A stretch of 64,000 bases of DNA from Gordius albopunctatus (lineage: Eukaryota). Below are positions 13,953-26,600 of the stretch, one piece after another. Positions within the stretch are counted from its first letter, which is position 1. The number at the start of each line of letters is the position of its first letter. The DNA is taken from NCBI GenBank assembly GCA_964276515.1, contig OZ193909.1:19468001-19532000 (forward strand). Direction: 5' to 3'. The translations under genes and the position numbers were made by a program. Below the pieces are notes generated by a model that searched no databases, had not been told where the DNA came from, and saw only the letters and a list, made by a program, of their open reading frames with translations.

Positions 13953-16367
13953 TGTAATAAATGAGTATACAATGTTATGACCAAAACCTATATATATAAA
14001 ACAACATGGCATTAACACGTGACAATGTAATGAATTGCGCATTATTATGATTTTATGTTATATTTGAATAAACTATAAATTGGAACTTCAAGCTTTGTTT
14101 TATTGGCCACGAGAAAAAACTATTAGAAATATATAGGGCAAGAATGGATGAGCAACTGAAGAGAATATCCATGGCTGAATTTAATCCAGAAATTCATTCA
14201 ATTGAAGATTATCTGTACAATTTAGATGCCATCCTAGACATAAAAGGAATTAATTCTAGTCCAATAGTTAAAAAGAAGATAGTTTTGGCATACATAGGAT
14301 TGCCAATAATCAAGGAACTGAGGGAAATTTTATATCCCATGACTTTAAATGATGCAAAATGGGAAAATATTGAAAAGGCCTTATATCAAAGATATCAACC
14401 AATGAAAACTATTTTTGCTCACAGGTTAGATTTGATGAACTTAAGCAGGTTGCCTGGTGAAAGTATTTTAGAATTGTCAAAAAGAATTAGAATATGCTTA
14501 AGTAAATGTGCATACAAGCATGATTTTGATGAAAGAGCCCGAGATCATTTTATCTTTGCCCTTAAATTTAAACAACTAGAGATGGAACTTAAGACAAAAT
14601 ATCCTGATACTCTAGATGAGGAAGGCAAGCCCCTTACGTTTGAAAGAATAATAAATATGGCTTTATGTATGGAGAGAGCTGAAGTAGAGGGTCATAACAT
14701 TGTATACTCATTTATTACATTTCCCTTCGCTAATTTAAGTTAGAACTAAATTTCTTGAATAAGCCGCTTAGGAGGATGTATTTCTCGATTTGACCTTCTA
14801 GGCCCTGTGCTTTCTGTAACCATATCTTCAACGCCTTCGTCATCGCAATTTATTTTGTCATCGCTCTCTTCTCTAACCTTCTTGGTTGGCTGGTACCGTT
14901 CCCTTAGCTGGTCACTATGCTTTTTCACAGTTCTATTCATCGTATCCACCACGTAGGAATAAGGTCCATTTCGCTTAAAGACTTTCCCCAGCCGCCATTC
15001 TTTTTTGATCTCATTTTTTACCCATACAGCCTGACCTGGAATAAACTCTCTGGTAGCAGCTTTGTCCCTTTGCCTGTTTTCATTTTTCTCTGTCTTTTGT
15101 TCTATGTAATTGCCGACTGTTGGTTGTATCCAATCGAGTGAAGTTTTTAGGTTTCTCCCCATCATCACTTTCGACGGTGTTCTCCCAGTTGATGAGTGTT
15201 CACTGATTCTATACCCCATCAACACGTCAAGCATACATGACTCGGGATCTTTGGTATATTCCCTGCATGCTTGATATCTGCTCTTTATAGCTCTAATAGC
15301 TCTTTCCACCAATCCATTTGTTTTTGGATGATATGGCATAGATCTGATGTGTTTTATATTTAAAGATTTGCAAAATTGTTCCATTTCATAATTTCGAAAC
15401 TGAGGACCGTTGTCTGTAACGATCTGTTTTGGAACTCCCCATCTTGCAAACCATTGGCGCATGGTTTTAATGGTCGTTATAGTGCCAGAGCTATTTTGTA
15501 GCTGCACTTCGACCCATTTTGAATATGAATCAACAGCTATGCACCAAAAATATCCATCTATGTGACCCGCGTAGTCCATATGTATACGTTCCCAAGGCTG
15601 TTCTGTTACATTCCACGAGTACAGTGGAACTTCGGGCTTGTTGCATCTATTTTTTTGACATCCGATGCACTTCTGTACATAGGTTTCAATATCCTTATCT
15701 AACTGAGGCCAGGTAATATAAAGTCGTGCAATCGATTTCATTGAACTAATTCCTGGGTGGCCCTTGTGGATGAGTTTTAAAATAGAAAGTCTTAAATAAG
15801 TTGGAATAACAAGTAATCCGTTGGCGTAAATGATGCCTTTATCTTCTTCTATCTCATTTCTTTTGTTATAATAAAAACTTAGTTCTTTAGGTATCATATT
15901 TTTGTTCAACGGCCAACCTTTATTTACAAATGTTTTTACTTTCTTTAAAACTTTGTCTTTTTGAGATTCTTTTATTAAAATGTCCCTGTCTAATTGCATG
16001 CCATTGAGATTCAGTATACGAATGTGACTAATGGAATTACTTCTACACTCCTTGATTTCTAACTCATTGGCAGTAACTGGTAGTCGTGAGAGTGCATCAG
16101 CAATTTTGTTTTCTTTACCCGGAATATACTCAATGGTGTAATCATATGCCGAAATCTTCCAGGCCCATCTAATAAGTCGATTATTGCTTATTTTTGGCAA
16201 GTCTCTTGACTCTCCAAACAATCTTTCAAGTGGCTTATGGTCAGTTCTTAACACAAATTTTCTCCCATACAAATACATATGGAACTTTTCAACAACATAC
16301 AGTAGGGCTCTTGCTTCTCTATCAATTGGGGCATAATGCTTAAATTGGAAATTCAAGCTTTGTTTTA
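13953..16367 (+). mobile_element. Ty3/Gypsy LTR retrotransposon with internal inversion and deletion
   Basis: 150-bp 5' LTR 13953-14102, PBS-like tggccacgag, and gag-like ORF on + (14144-~14690). RNase H end plus integrase lie on - (14746-16340; TDHKPL, HKGHPG, CIGC, DYAG, TDNGPQF, GLVER). LTR remnants at 14690-14719 (inverted) and 16341-16367. 5-bp TSD agttt at 13948-13952 and 16368-16372. Confidence 0.9.
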
Positions 16368-17094
16368 AGTTTCTTGCATTTTTATGCAAATTTAAATTAT
16401 TTTAATTAAATCTAAAGTTATGATTATTCCTTAAGACAAGAAATGGCGTTTACTAATATAATGGTTTAACTAAAGTAATAATCTTCAACACAAGATTTAA
16501 TTATACACAATAACATGAATGTTATTAAGAGACATATGAAAAAATTTATGTTAGTATTCAAGATAATATTATTAACAAAAATATTTTATAAATATTAAAT
16601 TTTAGCAATTATAAATTAGTTATAGTTTGTTGAATTACAATAATTACGATTGACATAGATATTCATATTGATATAGTCAAAAACGTAAACATAGCTTATA
16701 GATTTGAAGAAGTCAAGAGATCATGATAAATGCACAGAATGGTAAAGCTTACTGACTTAATTGATTATCAACTTAAGGTAGAATTCAGGTACTGATGAGC
16801 ACGACCGGAATAGTGTTGATAAGAGATTTTCATAGGAGCCAATTCCCGTATAGTTGAGAACGATCACGAATGTCCTCATTTGAAATGACAAACAGTCCCT
16901 CAGAAGTGTATCAATTGCAGAAGGATAAACTTAAAAAATTAAGGCTAGAAATCTACTAAACAGTTTAGGTTGGCTAGAAAATCTCCAACGGTCATATCGG
17001 AATAAAACAAGTTCAGGTTCAACATGTGGGGAAAAATTAAATTAGGGCACGATGCTTCGCGATTTGAATTGGTGGTAAGAAAAAAAACTAATCA

Positions 17095-20000
17095 TATCAA
17101 CTGGGGTTGATATTACGTGTCTATTTACTTTGCATTTTTGACACGCAATGCATTGCTTTGTCCAATCGCGTAAATCTTTGTTCATTCCCGGCCAGACGAA
17201 ACGTTGGGCAATTAGTCTAAGTGTTGGGCGTAAGGCTGAGTGAGAAAGACCATGTAGTTGATTAAAAACTATGCGTCGGAGCGTCCTAGGTACTAAAGGT
17301 CTCGAAGTCGATGCAGATGTATCGCACGTAATAGTTAAATTTGTACCTGGAATTACGCGTTGTTCCAGTTTAAGATTTTCGAGCTCTTCTAGTTGATATT
17401 GCTCTTGTTTTTGTGTCATAGCAATTCTTTCTGTGAGGGATGTGTTTGGCTCTTGGGTGGAGTTTGGTTGTTGTATGGAATCGATATCGATTCGGGACAA
17501 AGTGTCTGCTACTATATTCGCTTTACCTTTAATAAACTGTATATTTGAAGTAAATTGGGAGATATAGTCTAATTGTCGTATTTCGCGCGGCGAGTATTTA
17601 TCGGGTTTAGAAGTGAGAGCGTAAGTTAACGGTTTGTGATCAGTAAGAACTGTAAAATCGCGACCTTCTAAAATATGTCGGTACTGTTTAATTGAAAGAT
17701 AAATTGCTAGCAGTTCTCTCCCGAATGTACTGTATCGAGTTTGTGTTTTGCTCAATTTTAGGGAGAAAAAGGATAGAGGACTGATTTCCCCTTTTACGGT
17801 CTGATGTAGTACGGCTCCAATGGCAGAGTTTGATGCGTCAGTTGTAATAGAGATGTTGGCACCATCCACTAAATGATTAAGGGTCGAAATTTCATCGAGC
17901 ATTATTTTAATCTTGTGGAATGCGTCGTGTGCGCTCTGCGTCATGTCCAAAGGTCCTTTTGCGTCGTTTAGGAGATCCGTCAGTGGTTGTAGATGTCGTA
18001 CACAGGTCGTGCTGACCGGTTGCGCTATCTCATTTGTCTTGCCCCGGATGGATTTATTTTAAAAAGGATGGTGTTGTAAAGGGGTTTACACTTCTCTATT
18101 TCTCCTTCCCTTCCCCCCTACCCCTTTGTAGCTTACACGGTCGTTGTCTCTCGATCTCTCGTTGTTAGCGAGCGTCAATAATATTAATTATTACGCGAGA
18201 TTTTATTTATCGTCTCATTAACTTTCACATTTTTTCATCATCCTAGTACGAGTAAGAAATCAGTTGGATAAACAGTATTACACTTTGATTAAACATTGTA
18301 AACTTTGTTAACTTTATTAATAATTTTTTTCCGCTCACACCACGCGTGATAAACTTATATATACGATAAATAAAATCTCGCGTAATAATTAATATTATTG
18401 ACGCTCGCTAACAACGAGAGATCGAGAGACAACGACCGTGTAAGCTACAAAGGGGTAGGGGGGAAGGGAAGGAGAAATAGAGAAGTGTAAACCCCTTCAC
18501 AACAGTTGGGTATAAAACGCCTGTAAAAATTTACCATTCCCACGAAACGACGTAGTTGTGTCATAGTGGTCGGGGTGGCGAAATTCTTGATGGCTGAGAT
18601 CTTCTCCGGTATTGGCGTTAAACCTTGTGGGGAAACTTGATGTCCTAGGAAATCCAGAGAAGAACGTCCCCATTGACACTTGTCCAGGTTGATCTTTATA
18701 TCAAAATCTCTTAATCGAATAAAAACTTGACGTAAGTGGTCTAAATTTTCACTAGTTGATGTACTTGCGATCAAAATATCGTCCAAATATGCGAAGGCGA
18801 AATTGAGACCACGGAGAGCTTGATCAATGAAGCGTTGGAATGTTTGAGCAGCATTTCCTAAACCGAAAGGCATTCGCAAAAATTTATAAAGACCGAAAGG
18901 TGTGGTTATTGCAGTCTTTGCGATGTCCTCCAAGGCTACGGGTATTTGATGATAAGCTCTGACTAGATCTATTTTTGTATAGATGGTTGTGCCGGCTAGG
19001 TTGAGTGAGAGATCGTGCAGGTGTGGCAAGTGTTAACGGTCCGGTATCGTTATAACGTTAAGGGCTCGGTAATCTCCACATGGTCGCCAATCTCTAGGAG
19101 TTTCTTTCGGAACCATGTGCAATGGAGAACTCCAGGAGCTTTCTGAGGGTTGAATTATGCCGAGTTCGAGCATATGAGTAAACTCCTGTTTGGCAATTTT
19201 TAGCTTGACAGGGTCTAAGCGTCTAGGTCTGGCATAAACGGGGGGTCCTAGTGTATGTATGTGGTGGACTACTTGGTGGCTTACGCGTGACCTGTAATTT
19301 GGAGGGGTATAAATCTCAGGGAAATCTTTTAAAATACGGTGAATCGATCTTTATTGCGAGTTGTAAATTGTACAAGCTCGAATCAATATATCGCCCATAA
19401 GACTTTAAAGTAGTTTTAGGGTCTAATAAACATTTGCGGCGTATATCAACGAGGAGGTTATAATGATTTAAAAAATCAGCCCCGATGATCGGTGTCTTAA
19501 CGTCGGCGATGGTCAACACCCATTGAAAACTTCTCCGTAAGCTAAGGTCCAGTTCCATTGATTTCTGGCCATAGGTCAGTATGGAACTATTGTTTGCAGC
19601 TTGGAGGCGGATGTGTGAGGGGGTGAGATGGTGGTTACGTGGGGGTGGTATGACACTTAGTTCCGCGCCAGTGTCTATTAAAAAACGAAATTTCGTTAAT
19701 TTATCAAAAATAAAAAATAAGCGAGTGATGTCATGGCCTGAACCGAGTGTCGCGGATTCTGGCAGGCCTATGGGTTTGACGAGGAAATCGGGATATAATT
19801 GCAAGGTTGTCGGCATTTTGTGGCCTTTTCCTTATATCTTTGGTGATACCAACACCAATCCTGGGGAACGTCTGCGTGGGGTTGAAACGGGGATCGAAAT
19901 CGCCTTGATGTAGACCTACTTCTCGACCGAAAACAATTTTTTTGACTGACCTCTTGCCGTAATGTCTCGATGCTCACGCTCAGTCTATTGACCATGTCTC

Positions 20001-20963
20001 TGAGCGTCTCAATATCGTTGCGGGATCTCTGTGTCGCAGGGGCGACGTTGGATATTTGCGGCGTATGGTACTTTTCCGCGATTTTATCAGCTGTTTAAGC
20101 TAGCTTGACTAACGTCTTGTCAATTGCACAGATCGCTAAGATGCTGGCCATGTTGTTGTCCAGTTTTTCCAACCACAGTTGTTTTAAAATGATATCGTCC
20201 ATTTTGGCGGTACACAGGAGGCTTTTCATGTGTATATAGAGTTGTGAGGGTGTATGATTGCCCAATTCCACGTTGGACAGTAAGTCGTGGAATCGTGCTG
20301 AGTCCGAATTTGTTGTGCGGTCGATGATAGCTGACCGGATGGTAGTGTACGGGGCCTCAGCCGGTAGATTCTCCAAGTAATCTTGGATCTCTATTGTGAC
20401 TTCTTGTGGGAGGCATTCAATCACGTATTCAAGTTTGCTAGACTCAGATTTTATTCATCGAATCGTGAAAAGGGCCTCTATCTGGACAAACCATAAGCGG
20501 CGATTTATACGATTGAAGGGGGGTAATTTAAAAAACATAGCGCTTTCCGATTTAATTTGGACGTCATCAACTTGGTTGGTATCCATTTACAAGGTTGCGT
20601 ATAACAAGGGTTGGGTAAGGGTAGGGTAGAAGGGGGCGTATAAAAAGGGTGGGTCACCACTTTCAGTAAGTAAATACCAGAGGGATAAAGTAATAATTAC
20701 TTTATTGCATATCTAATTAAAGTAAATCGTTGCGAGAAAAGTAAATCAGTAAGAAGAGTTTTAAACTCCTTTATATACTCGTGAATTAATTGAATAAATC
20801 AATCATTTTTAGTGGTGCCTCCGCGAGGTATAAATAAATCAATTACGCGAGGTATAAATAAATCAATTTAGTGGTGTCTCCGCGAGGTATGCTTGATTGG
20901 TCCATTAACGTCGCGAAGTAGTAAGGTAATGTAAATGAGGCAATTAAGTCAATGAACGCAACA
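17095..20963 (-). mobile_element. Ty3/Gypsy LTR retrotransposon, 3'-truncated in the integrase and frameshifted
   Basis: Probable 5' LTR ~20661-20963 starting TGT, with PBS tggtgaccc. Gag (LPPF..LWFVQIEA, PSQLY), protease (FLIDTGAELS), RT ([16 protein letters not shown]), RNase H (TTDASN, RELLAI, TDHKPL) and integrase zinc finger (HGLSH..CIAC). No DDE core or 3' LTR seen. Confidence 0.9.
18006..18504. mobile_element. Non-coding inverted-repeat insertion in the Gypsy RT/RNase H linker; shares motifs with the 3' end of the hepadna-like element
   Basis: ~142-bp near-perfect inverted arms 18072-18213 and 18363-18504, a ~150-bp spacer and a 66-bp one-sided extension 18006-18071. acag is duplicated at 18002-18005 and 18502-18505. 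Removing the insert restores the Gypsy frame FIPNCVRHLQPLTDLL. Confidence 0.85.
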
Positions 20964-21229
20964 GATATTAATTTAAAAAAATGTCGGGTATTGGGCAATC
21001 CTGATTAATTAAAAAACATTAAAATGTAATTTATAATTACCTATGAATTATATACACTTTCATCTTTATTTTAAATTTAGAAATAATTTCAGGATCTAAT
21101 AACATCTAATACTAAGCAGTGTCCTAGAGATATTAATTTAAAAAAATGTCGGGTTTTGGGCAATCCAGATTAATTAAAAACATTAAAATGTAATTTATAA
21201 TTACCTATGAATTATATACACTTTCATCA
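20963..21229. repeat. ~100-bp direct duplication next to the Gypsy LTR
   Basis: agatattaatttaaaaaaatgtcggg...tatacactttcatc occurs at ~20963-21064 and ~21128-21228. Confidence 0.8.
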
Positions 21230-23099
21230 TAATAACTTTTAAACTAAATTATAAATTTTATAAATATAATAATTATTCCATATCATTGCAAAACTGTGAT
21301 AACAGTTAAACCAGCAGTTATCCTTATATTGGGCACTTGGTTTTTTCGCGATCGCGCTTTCAATAGGAATCGCGATATCAATAAAAATATACTACAAATA
21401 TAGTAAATAGCAACACCTAGCATTCAGCATTATATATATAAATAATTTTTGATTAACATATAGAAAGTTCCCTCTTAAGTTCAAAGCAATATATTATAGG
21501 CTAATGGTTGCGAAACTTTTATTAGTAATATCATCGTCAGGCCACCGTCGTAAATTAAGATTTTCAAGTAGGTTTGGGCGATTATTAATCAGGGGATTAA
21601 AAATCTCAAAATCATTTTTAAGCGCCCATAAGATTTTCCATGATATTTTAATATCTGCAATGTTAAACTATTTTGATAATTAACATAAGCCCAAGATCCA
21701 CGCAACCATATGCCATGGATATATAAATTGGAATTACCAGATCCATACGTTCCTGACGAGGAAGAGTTGTGGTTAGTGCTAAAGTTGTTGGAAAAAGTAC
21801 CGCAGGACGAAGTATTGTGTAAATATAGCTTAAGAAAGATGACTAAAATGTACACCAATTACTATTACCGGGAATACTATGATTTCGATTTTGATTTCGA
21901 CTACCAATACAACTATCAATACACGGAAACAATATAACCATATATTGAAAATGATCCCTATTATTCATATCCCGATTCAATCTTTTATCCAGAATCCATA
22001 GGTGAAGATGGTACAGGTCTTGATAGTGGTTACGATGATAATTACGATTACGATAAAGCGAAAAGTTATGGAAAAGATTTTGCAACCGGTTATATAAAAC
22101 ATGAGTAATAGCCGTCTTACTTATAAAAAGGCCATCTCATATCAAAAATCATTTTAAAAGGAACCTTACGATGGAGGTTATGAAAAATAATGTATCTGTA
22201 AAATATGTTAAATGCTGCGCATCTTGTAATTGAAATTGACCTTACAGAATCTTATGCTAGGTTAAGATTAAATATAAAAAATGTAGGTTAGCAGTCTATG
22301 CATATTATTTGAGTATATCAAAATTTTAATTTTTGTATTATATACAAGATAACCCAGAGGGGAGAGGGATTAAAATTTTTGGATGCTAATAATTTAACAA
22401 GCTACACCGAAGCTTTAAACGGGTATAAATAAAGACAGCTATGTGTTGGTTACTAATAAACATTTTGGTACTTCAATTTCTGGTTTTTCTGGAGGGCGGC
22501 GGGCAGTTAGAGTAAAATAGTTAAATACAAGTTCGACTTACAAAAAAGTTGGATATTTAAATTTCTTCATAAAAAGAAAAAATACTCAGGAGTCCAGGTT
22601 AAACATATTTTTGTAAAAACCCATAAATATAAAAAATCTTCAAAATGTGTAATAGCAAAACCAAATTAGGATATTCCCCTTAAACGACGCCAGCCTTATT
22701 TGGGAATGTTGGCTAAATATAATAGACATAAGCTACCGCTGTTACCTTAAATGCAAGTGGTAAAAGGCATTAGATTGCGTATTGGCAAAAGCAGGGAATA
22801 TGTTAACGTTTTAATGTGAAGAAAAATTGATATCGATTTTAATTAATACGAAGTGGATAAGCAACAAAGCTAAAATACGATCGATACTAACTTCCTGTAG
22901 GCAACAAAACGTATATAAATGGTTTAAGTGCTATCAGAGGAATTTAAAAAAGGTCATCTAAATTAAAAGGATCATTGATAAGATTTAAAGACTCAATTTC
23001 AAATCCAAACGTTGTATTCAGCATACGCCCCCAAATTGGCTGCTCCGAGGTGGGTGAATAAAATTAAGAATTGACCTTATAAATCTTCTCTTCTCTGAC

Positions 23100-26000
23100 A
23101 ATTTATCACCTATGCTGATTTCGACCTTAATTTTCATTTGTCTATATTTACATAGATCTTATTTCTCTAGTGCATTTTTATATTGTGTCTTATTTTATGA
23201 TTTCACCTAAGCTTGGGTCTTCCTATTTTTTGTTTTCCTGCCAAATTTATCTTCTAAATTTTTTTTTCGACATATACATTGTCCCTTCTTTCGTTAGTCT
23301 TTTACGAGCTTTGTCTTCAATGATGTTATACCCAAATTTCTCCTTATTTCTTTATTTCGTTTATGTTCTTTTTTGCTTATTCCTATCATCCATCTTAGCA
23401 TTCTTATCTCCATGGACGCTAGGCTTTTCTCTTCCCACTTATGTATACCCCATGATTCCGAGTTATACAGAACTGTGGGCTGTATGATGGACCTATAGTG
23501 TGTACACTTAAGTTTTCTTGGGATGTTTTAGTCATCCAGAACACATGTCAAATCTCTCCATTTGAACCATTCACAATCTTACTAGCATTTCTTTATCTAT
23601 GAAACCATCCGCTTGAATTGCTTATCCTAGATATTTGAAAGAATCTACCCATGTAACCCATTCACATAAAGTAAGGGATCCACGTACCTCAGGTAAATGT
23701 GAATTAATCTTTGTTTTCATGTATTTTATTTTCTCTCAATTTACTCTCTGACCATTTTCTTCTATTGCATTTACCCAACTATTTACAGTATTAGTCAGTT
23801 CTTGTTCACTTTTGGCATAGAAGATTATTTCGTTTGCAAATATCATTACCCAAGGAGCTTCCTCGCCCAAATCCTTTGTAATAATATCCATTATCATCAT
23901 GAATAAAAAGCAGAGCGGTTTAAGTTACTTTACCACAGTAACTAGTTAAGTTACAGTTACTTTCACAAAAAATGTAACTAATTACGGTTACAGTTACAAA
24001 TTTTCAAATGTAACTGATTACAGTTCCAGTTCCAGTTACTTATCTCATGGATCTAGTTACACCTAAAGTTACAAAAAATAATATTTTTTGATATTATTTA
24101 TTTAGACATTTATATAAAAATCAGAAGGTAATAAATGATGATTCGATTTCAATAATACGTTCTTTTCTATATTGTTATCTAATAAGCTAGTTCACTTTTC
24201 ACTGAAAATTAATTTACCAAGACTAAAGAGACGCTCGACGGGGGCGCTTTAATGAACAGTTTCTTCAATTTAGGGAAATTATTATATATTAACAAATCAC
24301 TATTATTCGAATGTCTAAATGTGTGAATGCAGTTTTGAATACTTTGCGACCTTGAAAGATTAAAAAAATCCAACGTATTTGATTCCTTTAGGTCCTGTCT
24401 TTCCACCTGATTAGGGTTAAATGAATTAATGTAATTTAAGGTGTCTTCTTTAATTCTCTTATTTTTCTCAAGACGGATCTACGGCCAACTTGTTTTAAAA
24501 ATTGGATAGAGGATCGTTGCAACCAAATTATCCAAACTATATAGATTGGGAAATCTATAATATTTTAAATTTAACATGCATAGCTTTGTACCTTTTATTA
24601 ATTCCTTTAATTAATGCTTCTTTTAGAAGGTTACACCACTTTAGGTTTCCAATTTGTTGTAAATTTAATAAAACTTCAGAAATTGTAGGAGTGTAAAATC
24701 CTTGATACATATAATTTTCGTCTTATTGAAAAATCAAGAAAAATAATACATGGTATGAGGGGTATAGATAGTGTATTCCCAGCGCAAATAATGCCTTAGA
24801 ATAAGTCAATAGGCTAATAAAGATAAATTCTCACTGAGAGAACGCCTACCACTTAGTGGGTTTAAGGTCATGCCTTTGGACAAGGTTAAATCTTAGTCCT
24901 CTGAATATAAATACTCCAAAAAATTGTCAAAACCTATGAAAAATTTGAAGCTATGGACAGAAGGTAAGAAAGAATATTAATAGCCTGCCAAAAAACATCT
25001 TAATATTACTGAGTATTGTATACCAGCAAGAAGTATTATGATTAGTGAAAATAACATTAGCAATGTCAAAGAATTTTAGGCTTTGGCTATGTGAATTTCC
25101 AAATGATTGTGAAAAATGCTTTAAAGGCAAGTGCAATTGTTGCTTTTTATACAATATATTTGCAAGCATGTGGTTTTGTTGTCAATTAAACTTAAATTCT
25201 GCCAACCACCTAAACAAAAAAGAAAGCGAGGTAGACCCTTAAAGGCTTAATCAGCATTTATTGAATGAAAGTCGTATCCAGCAAATTATTTCTATTTTCC
25301 ATTTTAAATTGTTAACAATTATTTTGTGATTATATTTAAAATAAAAATTTTATATTTTGCCTTTAGAAAGTTTAAGATTGATAACTCTCAATAAATTTGC
25401 AAATAAATACATTATAAACACAAGCATAGTAAAATGTAAGAAGGGAGAGACAGAGCATTTTAGAATGGGAAATATAGGTTATTAATTTTCATAGCTTTTC
25501 TAATTTGCCATATTTATTTGAAGAGTGAGAAGGGAGGAAAAAATTCAAGACACTAAGATGCCTTTTAATTAATAAAAATTTGTTTTGCACATATATAAAA
25601 AAGAACTGAACAATTGATAAGAGATAACCAATTGAAATTCATTAAATGTTCATTACATTGTTTACCTATTGTGTCACTTCTTTAAATTTTTGGGATACAA
25701 ATTTGTACTTAATAATATTTTATATAATATTGGTAATTTACTGATAAAATAGATTATCTATTCGAAACTCAAATTTGATCCCCGAAGGAAATTTAAATTA
25801 AAGTGAAGTACACAAACTAAACGTGTAATTTGAATATTTAATTTAAAAAAATTTTAATTTATAAAAAGTAACTGCAACTTTAGTTACACATTTACTGAAA
25901 TAATGTAACTAAATACAGTTACAATTACCCTGAAGTAAAAGTAACTGGTTACAGTTACTTTACTGAATAAAAGGAACTAGTTACATGTAACTTGTTACTT

Positions 26001-26600
26001 AACAGCTCTGATAAGAAGGGACCCAGAGCTAAACCTTGTTGAACTCCAGTGTTGATGGCAAAACCCTTTTTGGTCTCTACCGTTGTCCTAACGTACGTTC
26101 TAATTACCTTGTACATATCTTTTATGACTGTGACGGATGATTCTGGCACATTGTTTTATAAGAGACCCTATCAACTCGACAAAAACCATCTTGCCGAATT
26201 TACCCTGGGACATTAACGACCATAATCTCCTCATTATCATTAAGGAGGCCCTAAATTGAGTACTTTTTATAATAATTATCAATTTTATTTTAAAAAATAC
26301 TAAATTTTCACTTTAATCCGAAATTGAATAGTTAACAGGCTTCTTTGTTAGGGGGTATTTTCTAATTAGAGGACATTACATTCAATTCGGCAAGATGGTT
26401 TTCGGGAGACGGGTCACTTTTTTTAAGACATCTCACAACTAGAGTCGTAGGCACTTTATCAACGCTTTTTCTAGATCGATGAAACACATGTGCAAATCCT
26501 CCTTCCTTTCTTTAAACCGTTCCATTAATCATCTAGCACTGTTCAAGCAATCTTTTGAAGACTTCTCGTGTATAAATCCTAATTGCTTGTAGGCCAATAG
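23100..26600 (-). mobile_element. Decayed RTE-clade LINE fragment split by a hAT insertion
   Basis: RT motif GVQQGLALGPFL (from ~26011 upward) continues as FMMIMDIITKDL..PWVMIFA below 23910 once the hAT element is removed. Boundaries are approximate. Confidence 0.7.
23911..26010 (-). mobile_element. hAT DNA transposon with degenerate transposase
   Basis: TIRs cagagcggtttaagt / acttaacagctctg, 8-bp TSD ataaaaag / ataagaag (1 mismatch) and gttac/gtaac subterminal repeats. C-terminal dimerization-like remnant FPKLKKLFIK..PPSS in ORF 24209-24406. Confidence 0.85.
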
